From: Candidatus Woykebacteria bacterium
GTDB lineage: Bacteria > Patescibacteriota > Microgenomatia > Woykebacterales > RBG-16-39-9b
Length of the DNA stretch: 64,000 bases
Assembly: GCA_040876345.1 (NCBI GenBank)
Contig: JBBDPM010000001.1
Location: 116,688-180,687 of the forward strand
Direction of reading: 5' to 3'
A program made the position numbers and the translations under genes. Shown in pieces: positions 9,752 through 18,995 of this stretch. The notes beneath the pieces were generated by a model, which was not told the origin of the DNA, searched no databases, and was given only the letters and a program-made list of their open reading frames with translations. Numbering within the stretch: the first letter of the stretch is position 1; every line of letters begins with the position of its first letter.

Positions 9752-10126
9752 TTAAGGAGTTTCCTTCCATGAGGTAGTAGTTAGAATATTATTAGAGATT
9801 GTCACGGAAACTTCAACCCTTCTCTTTAAATTGTTTTTTGTGGCGACGCTTGCAATCAACCTGGGATTAGGAGATAAGGGTACAGCGACTTGTACGGAGG
9901 CACCGTCTGGCGTAACAAAGGTTTCGCCGGTATAACTTGGGTCACGGAGAAGTTTTATTAGTGCTTGTTCGACGCCAGACTCAGCTGCATAATGAATAAT
10001 TTCCGTTTGGGTGGCTCGCCCGACGTTTTGAGCAAAACTAGTCGACACTAAAGCAATGCTTGTAGCCAAAGTGGTCATGGCAATTACAATTAATATTGTG
10101 ACAAGGGCTTGTCCTTTTTGATTCAT
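9752..10126 (-). CDS. PilX-like minor pilin (PilX_N-type N-terminus)
   Basis: QKGQALVTILIVIAMTTLA .. AAESGVEQAL fits the PilX N-terminal domain pattern. Its start overlaps the upstream gene's stop (ATGA). Confidence 0.5.
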   Translation of the reverse strand: MNQKGQALVTILIVIAMTTLATSIALVSTSFAQNVGRATQTEIIHYAAESGVEQALIKLLRDPSYTGETFVTPDGASVQVAVPLSPNPRLIASVATKNNLKRRVEVSVTISNNILTTTSWKETP

Positions 10127-10638
10127 GGTCTTTCTCTTAAGCTTATAACAGTACTAAAATTCTTGGATTGGAGGCTAGTCTTCGTCGGCTCGGTTGAAGA
10201 TAAAGTGAAGGTTAAAATGACAGTTGGGAATCCTCCTTGGTTACCAATATTTGTGAATTGCAGATTGTTTGCCTGTATAAAATCGCCGGTTATGGGTACG
10301 CTTGGCCCTGAAGTCTGCAAGTTTATAGTTGAGCCGGACAAAGTGTAGCGGTAGTCGCCCCCGTTTATCCGAAGCCAGAGTATTGAACTTGTATTCCCTG
10401 GGGCAGCGGGGTCACGCACTTCTTGGGCTCTTCTGATGTCATAAGTGAGCCTTTTTAATAAGTAACTACCTTCCGTTTCAAGTCGATTTCGAGCGGTTGA
10501 CTCAAGGTTGGACTCAGATATCCTGAATAAAAGGTCAAGGCCGATAACTAGAATTATAGATAATAAAGTAAAATAGATAAGTATTTCTATTAAAGTAAAT
10601 CCTTTATCGTTTCTCAAACCTTTCTTAAAAGTTTTCAT
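10123..10638 (-). CDS. Pseudopilin / minor pilin with a prepilin-type N-terminus
   Basis: KG|FTLIEILIYFTLLSIIL cleavage/methylation motif. 171 aa. Confidence 0.65.
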   Translation of the reverse strand: MKTFKKGLRNDKGFTLIEILIYFTLLSIILVIGLDLLFRISESNLESTARNRLETEGSYLLKRLTYDIRRAQEVRDPAAPGNTSSILWLRINGGDYRYTLSGSTINLQTSGPSVPITGDFIQANNLQFTNIGNQGGFPTVILTFTLSSTEPTKTSLQSKNFSTVISLRERP

Positions 10639-13214
10639 GGTGAATAATTTACAATAACGTCTTGTAATACAGGGGTGATAATGCCATTCCCAGAAAATTC
10701 AACTTTATACCGAAAGTGGCGTTTACTGACAAGCGCAAGTGGTATTGCTCCAGGACTGTCAAAGTAAGTGGCTGATGTGCCGTCTGGTCCAACAAAACTA
10801 CTACTTAACCACGGGCCGTCCGAATTCAGAGAAGCTATCTGGAATTTAATATTTGTTGTTAGTGGTGGCGCATTCTCCGACCAAGTAACTCGGTTGAAAC
10901 CGACGTTGCTTCCAGCATCAAATGTTCTTGATTCAAAAGTACCAAGCCCCGCAAAATCTGGCCCAATGCCAGGCCCAACAATCTGCAGTTCCCTGGAGTT
11001 GTGAACTGTAGCAAGAAAAGCAACGTTCGCTTCAAAAAATATTCCGTTCGCGTCTCCATCTAGATCTCGTGACCCAAGTTCGGCTATTGCCGAGGGTGTT
11101 TGGACATTAAGAAGCAAAAACTCTTTGTTACTAACCGTCGTTGCTAAGAAAGCTATGTTTCCCGCTATCCAAACACCATTGACGTTACTGCCCACGTTAT
11201 AAGTTGAAGGTGGTGAGTTACTTACCAAACTGATACTTGCTGGATTTGTGACGTTAAGGATATTAAATTCGGGGCCAGAGCCGTTATTTTGGGTTGCAAG
11301 ATAGGCTGTATTGCTGTTCACAAAAACTTCGGAACCATCTGAGTTTGAAGCAGCGTTGTAAGAGCCAATCTCGGTTGGCAGAGTTTTATTGGTAATGTCC
11401 ACCACCATGAGCTCTTTATCATCACGGGCAGTAGCTAAATAGGCTCGATTTCCAACAACGGTTACTCCATAAACTGCATTTGCGTTGACCGGTCCATTAC
11501 CTACCTCAAAACTTCCGATAACGTTTGGGTTGGGTGTGTGAGGACAGGTCAGACCAAAGCGGCTCGCCGCTAAATTTACATCGGTGATACTTACAATTTT
11601 GTCACCATTTATGTCTGAAGGCACATCACCTGTCATACCCACGTTAGACACTATTGTGCCGATATCAACGTTATCAACTCGGTTATCTCCGGTTACATCA
11701 AAACAAGTGTTAACACTTGCTATATAAAGTTCTCGGGCGGTCCCGCTGGAAGATTGTTTTGTTATATAAGCAAATTTGAGTCTGCCAGAGCCTTGTACTG
11801 TGATGTCCAATGCGTCTACAGCGTCTCCAAGATCAAGTGTAGCAACTTTGGCAGGGGCTGCCTTATTACTTATGTTAATTACGGTTAGCTCCTCAGTAGC
11901 ATGGCTCGTGGCCAGATAAGCAAATTGCCCGCTGGTTGCACTGTCTTCCACTGAGATTCCGTTGACGTCGGCCGTTAAATTAAGTGTTCCAGTAACCACG
12001 GGACTTGCCGGGTTAGAGACGTTGATAATCGCGAAATCTGGGGCGCTGCCAGCATCTTGTATACCCACGTAAGCATAATTATTCAACACGAATGTATCGA
12101 CCCCATTTCCATTGCCGGAGTTATCATAGTTTGCTAAAGATTGCGGATTTCCCCAGTTAATGTTTCTTTTCAGCTGTACTTCTCCACCAGAAACGCTTGT
12201 AGTTTCCGTGTTGGATAAGGTGCCGGAGTTAAAATCTGCTTGAGTAGTTTGCACCCAGGTAGTGTTTCCCAAAGTCCTTGTTAAATAGAATGTGTTTTGG
12301 ATGTTTCCACCGAAAAATGAGGTCCAAGAAACATTAGAGGTGATTTTTTTTGTGGAAGTGTCTATTGTGCCAGAGGGGCAGGTGACAAGGTTGTTACTAG
12401 AATCACGACAAGCATCTCCAATTTCTACTTGTCTAGTGAAATTTCCGACTGTTTCTGATCCAGTTTCAAGACGCCAAGTTTTAGCAGGATCAAGGCCGGA
12501 AAGAGTCATATTTTGAATATAGGTTGGAGAAAAACAGAGGAGGGGGTTTAAACTACAGTTTGTTTTTATCACCCAAATCTCAACTATAGTAGTTGGCGTA
12601 TAAGGCGGAAATGTGGCAGTCAGTTCTCCGGAAGACCCTGGTGTCCCAATATAATCGGCAATTGCGTTTGATGGGGTGCAGCCGCCTTGGGGGCAAATAG
12701 AAACCCGCTCCTCTATACCGGGGTTCAGACCAGTAAGTTTTAAACTTGAAATTGTGTTAAAAGCGAAACACGACAGGGGTTCTAAGGGCCCACCACAGTT
12801 TGAAGTTTTTAATACCCATACTTCAACAATGGCTTGAGGTGTTAGTGGTGTGTATTGAGGAAAATTAACATCAAGCTGACCGGGACCGAAGGAATAATCT
12901 GTATCCTGGGTAAAAACACCATTTTGACACCCAGAAGTTTGGCAAATTGATACTGAGTATTCTCTGCCAGACGGCTCAATATGATAAGTTCCGTTTGTTA
13001 GCTTAGACCAGCCCGACTCTCTTACAGAACGCATTGCTTCTCCTTGCAAAAGAGAGGAGGTTTCGGCGGCAAGAACGTTTGCAGCTCTCTCTCGAGACTC
13101 TCTTGTGCTAACCAAAAGAAGGCTGACGCTGGTCAAAACAATAGCGACAATACCAAAGCCGATGACGAGTTCAATTAAAGCTTGCCCATTTTTAGTTAAT
13201 CGTGACTCTTCCAT
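10635..13214 (-). CDS. Giant pilin-like protein (859 aa), a putative pilus-tip adhesin. Pilin-like N-terminus, tandem Cys-containing repeats, a dockerin-like Ca-binding module, and LVIVD-type beta-propeller repeats
   Basis: N-terminus NG|QALIELVIGFGIVAIVL has Glu at +5. Two roughly 85-aa tandem repeats each carry 4 Cys. DVTGDNRVDNVDIGTIVSNVG and DINGDKIVSITDVNLAASRFG resemble dockerin type I repeats. Repeated (A)Y(L/V)AT..(E)L.V(I/V)(N/D)(I/V)(S/T)N(P/K)..P units match LVIVD repeats. Confidence 0.65.
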   Translation of the reverse strand: MEESRLTKNGQALIELVIGFGIVAIVLTSVSLLLVSTRESRERAANVLAAETSSLLQGEAMRSVRESGWSKLTNGTYHIEPSGREYSVSICQTSGCQNGVFTQDTDYSFGPGQLDVNFPQYTPLTPQAIVEVWVLKTSNCGGPLEPLSCFAFNTISSLKLTGLNPGIEERVSICPQGGCTPSNAIADYIGTPGSSGELTATFPPYTPTTIVEIWVIKTNCSLNPLLCFSPTYIQNMTLSGLDPAKTWRLETGSETVGNFTRQVEIGDACRDSSNNLVTCPSGTIDTSTKKITSNVSWTSFFGGNIQNTFYLTRTLGNTTWVQTTQADFNSGTLSNTETTSVSGGEVQLKRNINWGNPQSLANYDNSGNGNGVDTFVLNNYAYVGIQDAGSAPDFAIINVSNPASPVVTGTLNLTADVNGISVEDSATSGQFAYLATSHATEELTVINISNKAAPAKVATLDLGDAVDALDITVQGSGRLKFAYITKQSSSGTARELYIASVNTCFDVTGDNRVDNVDIGTIVSNVGMTGDVPSDINGDKIVSITDVNLAASRFGLTCPHTPNPNVIGSFEVGNGPVNANAVYGVTVVGNRAYLATARDDKELMVVDITNKTLPTEIGSYNAASNSDGSEVFVNSNTAYLATQNNGSGPEFNILNVTNPASISLVSNSPPSTYNVGSNVNGVWIAGNIAFLATTVSNKEFLLLNVQTPSAIAELGSRDLDGDANGIFFEANVAFLATVHNSRELQIVGPGIGPDFAGLGTFESRTFDAGSNVGFNRVTWSENAPPLTTNIKFQIASLNSDGPWLSSSFVGPDGTSATYFDSPGAIPLALVSKRHFRYKVEFSGNGIITPVLQDVIVNYSP
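12449..12947 (-). repeat. In-frame tandem duplication (2 x ~85 aa) inside the giant pilin-like gene
   Basis: Protein repeats CQTSGCQNG..FPQYTPLTPQAIVEVWVLKTSNCGGPLEPLSCF and CPQGGCTPS..FPPYTPTTIVEIWVIKTNCSLNPLLCF. Coordinates are approximate. Confidence 0.5.
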
Positions 13215-13680
13215 ATTGATTTATGGTAAACGCTCTAGTTTGACCAGTATTAGATTCAGTTAACGCGAAGTTATTTTGGGCACCGCTGTAGTTTTGTACC
13301 TCCCCTGAAAGTTTAGAAAAGATAATGTTACTAGAGGGTAAATTTATTGGGCTTATGGATATGCTTGGCTCAAACGTAGTTTCTAGGTTGGCTGTATCAC
13401 TTAGGTTGTAAGAAGCTCCTTTGAAAATAACGATTTTGTTTTGTTCAAAATGCACACCGTGGCTTTCGGCTGAGGAAGATCCCCCCGTGCTTCCCACCAT
13501 AGCTAGGTTTTGAGCTTCTTTAAGTGCAAAATAGATTTGGTCTTCGGCCGCTCTTATGTCGGCTTGGGATTTTGGTCTAGTGATACTCACTAATATGAAT
13601 CCAAAAGCTAAAGAAAATAGGGCGATAACTAATATAATTTCTATTAGGGTAAAGCCAGAAGACTTTAGAGATTTTCTCAT
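13192..13680 (-). CDS. Pseudopilin / minor pilin with a prepilin-type N-terminus
   Basis: SG|FTLIEIILVIALFSLAFGF motif. 162 aa. Overlaps both neighbours. Confidence 0.65.
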   Translation of the reverse strand: MRKSLKSSGFTLIEIILVIALFSLAFGFILVSITRPKSQADIRAAEDQIYFALKEAQNLAMVGSTGGSSSAESHGVHFEQNKIVIFKGASYNLSDTANLETTFEPSISISPINLPSSNIIFSKLSGEVQNYSGAQNNFALTESNTGQTRAFTINQYGRVTIN

Positions 13681-14780
13681 CCTGGGCTTATTTGGCTAAT
13701 TAATTGGTAAATTGGAGAAATTACAGCTAGGATCACAGAGCCAACAATAATACCAATTACAATGATTAAAGCTGGCTCAATTACCGTGGACAGGGTTTTT
13801 ACTTCGCGGGAGAGTTTGTCGTGGTAGTGGAGGGCTACACCAGCCAGGACTTCGTCGAGTTGTCCAGTTTTCTCTCCGGTGGAGATTATTCGAGTCATTA
13901 GAGTAGGAAAAGTTTTAAATTCTCTCATCCCCTCGGCCAACCCCTTACCTTCAGTCAATTTATGAGTTACTTCTTCAAGTTCACGCTTGGTTCTCTTATT
14001 CAAAACCACAGTTGATGAAGCTTCGACCGCCTTAATTATGGGAATGCCAGCCGAAAGTAGTAAGGATAAGGTGGACGAAAGGCGTGATAAGTCAAGATAT
14101 CTCAAGACACTTCCGAAAACTGGGATGTGAAAAGAAGCGGTGAGTAGTTTTTTCCGTACTTCTTTATTTGATAGTAAAATTATTGTGCCAATAGCAGCGA
14201 TTAAGATGAATATACCGACAAAAATATAGTATTTGTTTACAAAAAGAGCAGTGGAAAGGAGGATTCTTGTTGGTAATGGTTTGGGAATAGTAAGCTTTTC
14301 AAATATTTCGGCAACTCTGGGAACAACAAATCCAAAAAGAACCGCCATTACGAAAAAAAGCACGCCCAAGACAATCGCTGGGTAAAAAGCGGCTTGTTTA
14401 ATATCGTTTTTTAACTCTTCCTCTTGTTTCATGTTGTCGGAGAGCTGTTTGAGTACTTTATCCAAGCCCCCGCTTTCCTCTCCGGCTTTGACAGTATTTA
14501 CAAATATATCGTCAAAAATATTGGGGAATTGAGAGAAGCTTTCAGCAAGGTTGTGCCCTTTTTGGATGGAGTCTCTAACCGAGCGGACCACACCTTTAGT
14601 CTTTAAGTTGTCGGAGTCGTTTTCAATGCTTTCAAAAGCATCTAAAATTGGGATTCCGGCCCCAAGCATGATCCCTAAAGACTCGACTAAGGTGAGTCTT
14701 TCAATAAAAGGAAGTTTTACCTTAAGGGGGATTATTTTCGGCTCTTTTTTAACTGTGAAATTAAACATTGGCAGTTTCAA
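13677..14780 (-). CDS. pilC: Type IV pilus inner-membrane platform protein PilC (GspF family)
   Basis: Two GspF-type repeats (..GEESGGLDKVL.. and ..GEKTGQLDEVL..) and three TM segments. 367 aa. Confidence 0.85.
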   Translation of the reverse strand: MKLPMFNFTVKKEPKIIPLKVKLPFIERLTLVESLGIMLGAGIPILDAFESIENDSDNLKTKGVVRSVRDSIQKGHNLAESFSQFPNIFDDIFVNTVKAGEESGGLDKVLKQLSDNMKQEEELKNDIKQAAFYPAIVLGVLFFVMAVLFGFVVPRVAEIFEKLTIPKPLPTRILLSTALFVNKYYIFVGIFILIAAIGTIILLSNKEVRKKLLTASFHIPVFGSVLRYLDLSRLSSTLSLLLSAGIPIIKAVEASSTVVLNKRTKRELEEVTHKLTEGKGLAEGMREFKTFPTLMTRIISTGEKTGQLDEVLAGVALHYHDKLSREVKTLSTVIEPALIIVIGIIVGSVILAVISPIYQLISQISPG

Positions 14781-15049
14781 CCAAAATTATACCACTTGTG
14801 GGTGTTAAAGTAGATTCCAAAGTTTGACCCCAAACCCATAGCTATGTTATGATCAGGTACGAAATTTGTTGAAACAGCTTCGGATGGGTATTTTGTCGAC
14901 TAAGATTTAATCGCCAGTGAGCCCAATCTGAGGCCGCCGTAGGAGGGATTTCGATCAGTTTCGGGACGGTGTTACCCATGCAGCCCCAACCACATTTCCT
15001 AGTGAAGCCGTTAGTGGATCTAGGTGGGGCACCGAAAAGGAGGAAAGTG

Positions 15050-15649
15050 ATGTGGCGTACAGTAGAAGGACGAAGAGTTCTAAGGCCAACCGATAGAGAT
15101 CTTAAGCCTCGGGCAAGCAAACTCCAAGATGTCGCGAGGGTTATCAAAGGGCTAGGGTCTCCAGAATCGGTGGATATCTACGTTTCGAAGTGGCGGTTTG
15201 GTGTTACGATGCTGGGTGTTAATAGCAACATCAAAGGCGCAGTTCCCATAGGCGAGGTGGTAGAAGCTCTCAACATAGAGTTTGGGCGTGGTGAGTACCA
15301 CCAAGTAGGTGTTCAGCATGTAGGTGAATGGATTCTCTCACTTGCGACCACCTGCCCTGTCTTTTGGGCCTACACCGAGGATCGCTCTTGCTACATCGGG
15401 CGGCACGATCCGGTTGTAGCGGGGGGCACAGTGCTGTACAAGCACAGCGATGAATGCCCTTGTAGGCATCATGGAGTCAGCTGCAGCGTCCGGCCTTGCG
15501 GGGATTGCAAGGGAAGTTGTCCAATGATTCGTAAATGCACGAACTGTGGGAGTCGTTGGGATCTGAACAGGAAGCCTCCACGGCCGCTGACGCTCATTTG
15601 GACTCCGGTCCACGTTTCTAACCCCTGGTCTAGGGAGCAAGAAACGTAA
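15050..15649 (+). CDS. Hypothetical Cys-rich protein in a GC-rich (55-60% GC) island, antisense to the pilus operon
   Basis: Consensus SD (AAGGAGG, 15037-15043) lies 6 nt upstream of the ATG. The 200-codon ORF stays open across sequence at about 58% GC (chance p ~1e-3). The C-terminus has Cys pairs (CPCRHHG..CGDCKGSCP..CTNCG). The track ORF 14969-15649 includes an unlikely 5' extension. Confidence 0.45.
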   Translation: MWRTVEGRRVLRPTDRDLKPRASKLQDVARVIKGLGSPESVDIYVSKWRFGVTMLGVNSNIKGAVPIGEVVEALNIEFGRGEYHQVGVQHVGEWILSLATTCPVFWAYTEDRSCYIGRHDPVVAGGTVLYKHSDECPCRHHGVSCSVRPCGDCKGSCPMIRKCTNCGSRWDLNRKPPRPLTLIWTPVHVSNPWSREQET

Positions 15650-15716
15650 CGATTGTCGATCGTACTGGGTGGCGGTGGCAGGCTTGCCCTTCACCGCTGC
15701 CCACAGTTCTTATGTG

Positions 15717-17405
15717 TTATTCGCTTACTGCGCGGATGACTTCGCCAAGGCTTGTTTGGCCTTCGGCCACTTTTTCTAAGCCATCTTCAATCATTAGTTT
15801 AAAGCCTTCAGATTTTGCCTGATCCATTAGTTTTTGAATTGACGACTTGTCAAAAATTAGCTTGCGTAGGTCCTCACTCACCCGCAGTACTTCGTAAATC
15901 CCAACTCTTCCTCGGAAACCGGTATTTGAGCATTCTGGGCAGCCTTTTCCACGCCTTGCTTCTACTTTACCGGCCAAAAAACCGGCTACTACTTCTTCGC
16001 CGTATTCTTTAGCAAGGTCTTTAAGAACGCTTTCTTTAATCTCCTCTTTTACAAGGCAAGATGGGCAATTTCTGGCTACAAGTCGCTGCGAAATCACTAA
16101 ATTAAGGGTGGATCCAATTAGATAAGGCTGGGCTCCAAGGTCGTAAAGCCTTGGAATTGTACTGACTGCATCGTTCGTATGTAAAGAGCTCAGTACTAAA
16201 TGACCAGTTAGAGCAGCGTGAATTGCAATTTCGGAAGTTTCTTCATCGCGGATTTCTCCGACTAAAATTACGTTTGGATCATGCCTCAGGATTGCCCGAA
16301 GCCCAGAGGCAAAAGTAAGGCCAGCTTTAGGATTTATTTGGGTTTGGTTTACTCGGGGGAGTCCATATTCAATTGGATCTTCAATAGTGCAGATATTGAC
16401 ACTAGAGGTGTTGAGAATTATTAGCAGGTTGTATAGGGTTGTCGTTTTACCACTTCCCGTGGGGCCAGTTGAAAGTACCATACCATGGGATTTTTGGATG
16501 CCTTCTTTAACTAGTTTTAAGTTATTACCAGAGAGTCCAAGATCCTCCAAAGTCTTTGGTCTTGCTGCCGATGAAAGAAGCCGCATTACGGCGTCCTCAC
16601 CGTGATAGGTAGATAATATCGAGACCCTTACTGATATTTCGTCCGAGCGGTGTTTGAAGCGAAATCTACCGTCTTGGGGGAGCCGGTGCTCATCGGTGCG
16701 CAGATCTGAAATTATTTTTATCCTGGTGATTAATCCAGCCTGAATTGTGGTTGGAAGCTCTAAAACATCTCTAAGCCTGCCGTCAACCCTGAAGCGGATT
16801 ATTACTCTATCACCTACATTTTCAATGTGAATATCACTGGCTCTCTCCGATGCCGCAAAGTCTAATATTGTATCCAGGATTTTTACAACTGGAAGATCCT
16901 CACCACCGACTGCTCCTTTCGCTTTTGCTTGGGAGACGTTTTCCTCAATAATTTCCTTAAAATCCTTCCTTATATCCTTATGATATTGATCGAGGACGTC
17001 ATCTATTATTGAAGGTAGAGTGAAGTATATTTCTACTGACCCACCAACCTTTTTCTTGATAAAATCTAGGGCTTCAGGGTCTTGAGGATTTTCAAGCGCA
17101 ATTTTTACACTGTTACCATCTTTGGCAAAAGTCACCGCCCTTTTTTCAGCGGCTATCTCCTCGGGGATAAGATCTAAGATTGATTTTTCGATTTTATGGT
17201 CTTTTAGATCGGCGTAAGGGTAACCAACGTATTCGGCGATCGCTTGCCCAAGAAACTTCTCTAATATTACACCACGTTCTATTAATACATCAGTTAAGGG
17301 TTTATTTAGGTCAGAAGCAGCTTTTTCTGCCTCTTGTAGTTCGGCAGGATCAACAAATCCAGATTTTAAGATAAGCTTTTTAAGCTCATTACCTTCAATG
17401 GTCAT
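15717..17405 (-). CDS. pilB: Type IV pilus assembly ATPase PilB (GspE family)
   Basis: Walker A (STGPTGSGKTTTLY), Asp and His boxes, and a C-terminal tetracysteine motif (CPSC..CPEC). 562 aa. Confidence 0.9.
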   Translation of the reverse strand: MTIEGNELKKLILKSGFVDPAELQEAEKAASDLNKPLTDVLIERGVILEKFLGQAIAEYVGYPYADLKDHKIEKSILDLIPEEIAAEKRAVTFAKDGNSVKIALENPQDPEALDFIKKKVGGSVEIYFTLPSIIDDVLDQYHKDIRKDFKEIIEENVSQAKAKGAVGGEDLPVVKILDTILDFAASERASDIHIENVGDRVIIRFRVDGRLRDVLELPTTIQAGLITRIKIISDLRTDEHRLPQDGRFRFKHRSDEISVRVSILSTYHGEDAVMRLLSSAARPKTLEDLGLSGNNLKLVKEGIQKSHGMVLSTGPTGSGKTTTLYNLLIILNTSSVNICTIEDPIEYGLPRVNQTQINPKAGLTFASGLRAILRHDPNVILVGEIRDEETSEIAIHAALTGHLVLSSLHTNDAVSTIPRLYDLGAQPYLIGSTLNLVISQRLVARNCPSCLVKEEIKESVLKDLAKEYGEEVVAGFLAGKVEARRGKGCPECSNTGFRGRVGIYEVLRVSEDLRKLIFDKSSIQKLMDQAKSEGFKLMIEDGLEKVAEGQTSLGEVIRAVSE

Positions 17406-17770
17406 TTGGAATACTCGCGGATTTTATCAACAATTTCTTGGGGGGTGACATCTGTCTTCATGAATATTTCTTTCGCGCCTAAGCTTTTGCATTTTTTTAC
17501 ATCTTCTTCGGAAACATTTAGGTTTGTTAAAACAATCACCGGTATGTCTTTTGTTTCCGAGTCTCCTTTGATTTTTTCCAAAACTTCTGTACCACTCATT
17601 TTCGGTAACATTATATCGAGTACTATTACATCTGGCTTGGTGTCCTTTACTTTTTGCAGACCTTCTTCACCGTCCAGAGCAGTTTCAACCTGAAATCCGT
17701 CATGAGTGAATTTCATGTTATACATCTTCACCATTAAAGAGTCGTCCTCAACAAGCAGTACCTTACTCAT
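17402..17770 (-). CDS. Single-domain response regulator (CheY-like receiver)
   Basis: Receiver domain with the acidic pocket (LLVEDD) and phospho-acceptor Asp (VIVLDIMLP). No output domain. Its stop overlaps the pilB start. Confidence 0.8.
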   Translation of the reverse strand: MSKVLLVEDDSLMVKMYNMKFTHDGFQVETALDGEEGLQKVKDTKPDVIVLDIMLPKMSGTEVLEKIKGDSETKDIPVIVLTNLNVSEEDVKKCKSLGAKEIFMKTDVTPQEIVDKIREYSK

Positions 17771-18567
17771 CAGTTTTTACCCTCCTCTTGTGTAAGATTT
17801 TCAGCTACTTCTCTTGCTTTTTTACTGCCAGTTGTGGGTAAAGAAAAACAGAATTTTGAGCCCTCTTGAGGCTTACTTTCTCCAAGCCAAATTTTTCCAC
17901 CAAGTTTCTCAATAATGACTTTAGAAATATAAAGGCCTAGGCCACTGCCGCCCGAAACTCTAGTTTCTTTAGTTGAGGCTTGGGAAAATTTTTCGAAAAG
18001 ATGCGATTGCTTTTCCACTGGTACTCCCGCTCCGGTGTCGGCAACACAAGTTATTACGTAGTCTTCCTTCTGTGAAAAGTTAACCGTAATAGAGCCTTTT
18101 TTCGTAAATTTCATAGCGTTACCGACAAGATTAATTAGTACTTGAACTAGCTTGTCGGTGTCAGCTTGGACCTTTGGTAAATTTTCTGAAGGCGCTTCAA
18201 GAATTAGAGAAAGCTTTTTTTCGGAAGCGGAACGAATCAAAGATTGTAATAGAAGCCTTGCTTGTTCAACCACATCAATGTCGTCTCGTAAAATAAATTG
18301 CATTCGGCCAGCCTCAAGCCTGCTTATATCCAGCATGCCGTTGACAAGCCTGATTTCCCGCTCAACCGCAAGGAGCATTTCAGTAAGAACGTCCCTGACT
18401 TGAGGTGAGACAGGTCCTGCATCTCCGGCAAGAAGCATGTTTAAGTAACCTTTAATAGTGGACATTGGGGTACGTAGCTCATGAGAAACAATTGAAATAA
18501 ACTCATCCTTAACGGATTCCAACTTTTCTGTCTGGACATTTTGTTTTTGGGAGGTAGTCTCTTGCAT
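17770..18567 (-). CDS. Cytoplasmic histidine kinase (HisKA + HATPase_c, no sensor or TM)
   Basis: H-box SHELRTPMSTIKGY, N-box NLVGNAMKFT, G-boxes DTGAGV and GGSGLGL. Its stop overlaps the response regulator start. Confidence 0.8.
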   Translation of the reverse strand: MQETTSQKQNVQTEKLESVKDEFISIVSHELRTPMSTIKGYLNMLLAGDAGPVSPQVRDVLTEMLLAVEREIRLVNGMLDISRLEAGRMQFILRDDIDVVEQARLLLQSLIRSASEKKLSLILEAPSENLPKVQADTDKLVQVLINLVGNAMKFTKKGSITVNFSQKEDYVITCVADTGAGVPVEKQSHLFEKFSQASTKETRVSGGSGLGLYISKVIIEKLGGKIWLGESKPQEGSKFCFSLPTTGSKKAREVAENLTQEEGKN

Positions 18568-18701
18568 ATTGAGAGTTTGCCTAAGTTATCTTTAGTTTAC
18601 TCTACGTTCAGCTAAGGGTCAACCGCACTTAGTTAAAGCTTCTTGTGAAGGGTGAAATCAAACCTTTCGTAAAATGCAAAAATAGGTTAAATTAGAGTGT
18701 C

Positions 18702-18995
18702 ATGGAAATTGGTTTGGCTTTTGAATATTTTTTGCTTACGCTCGCCGCCACTTTTGCTAGCCTTCAAATGGTTGCTATTCTAAAAAACAAAAGAGAAATC
18801 GCCGTTTTTAAAAATAGAAACCTTGCAGCTGTTCTTTATTCGGCCTTAATTGCACTTAGTTTCTATGGGTTTTTTTCAATAAGGGATCGGAATGTTCAAA
18901 CTTTTTTGGAGGGGGCTCAATTATCCGCTATATTCGGGATTGGGGCTTTTAGTTCTTTACTAGTCACTAAAATTTTGAAAAAATTATGGATCTAA
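18702..18995 (+). CDS. Small hypothetical membrane protein
   Basis: 97-aa ORF with 3 predicted TM helices. Confidence 0.4.
   Translation: MEIGLAFEYFLLTLAATFASLQMVAILKNKREIAVFKNRNLAAVLYSALIALSFYGFFSIRDRNVQTFLEGAQLSAIFGIGAFSSLLVTKILKKLWI

Noticed and set aside
14969-15049. The track's longer start (ATG 14969) for the GC-island ORF
   Set aside because: No SD is present. The internal ATG at 15050 has a perfect AAGGAGG at optimal spacing.
14842-15694. A structured ncRNA (RNase P RNA, tmRNA, group II intron) as the explanation for the GC-rich island. Minus-strand ORFs 14842-15147 and 15338-15694
   Set aside because: I found no P4-like GGAAAGUCCGG, no RNase P 3' ACAGAACCCGGCUUA, no tRNA-like T-arm/CCA end and no group II domain V. 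A 200-codon frame stays open in 58% GC DNA and a consensus SD lies 6 nt before its ATG, which favours a protein gene. The minus-strand ORFs are expected by chance in GC-rich DNA.
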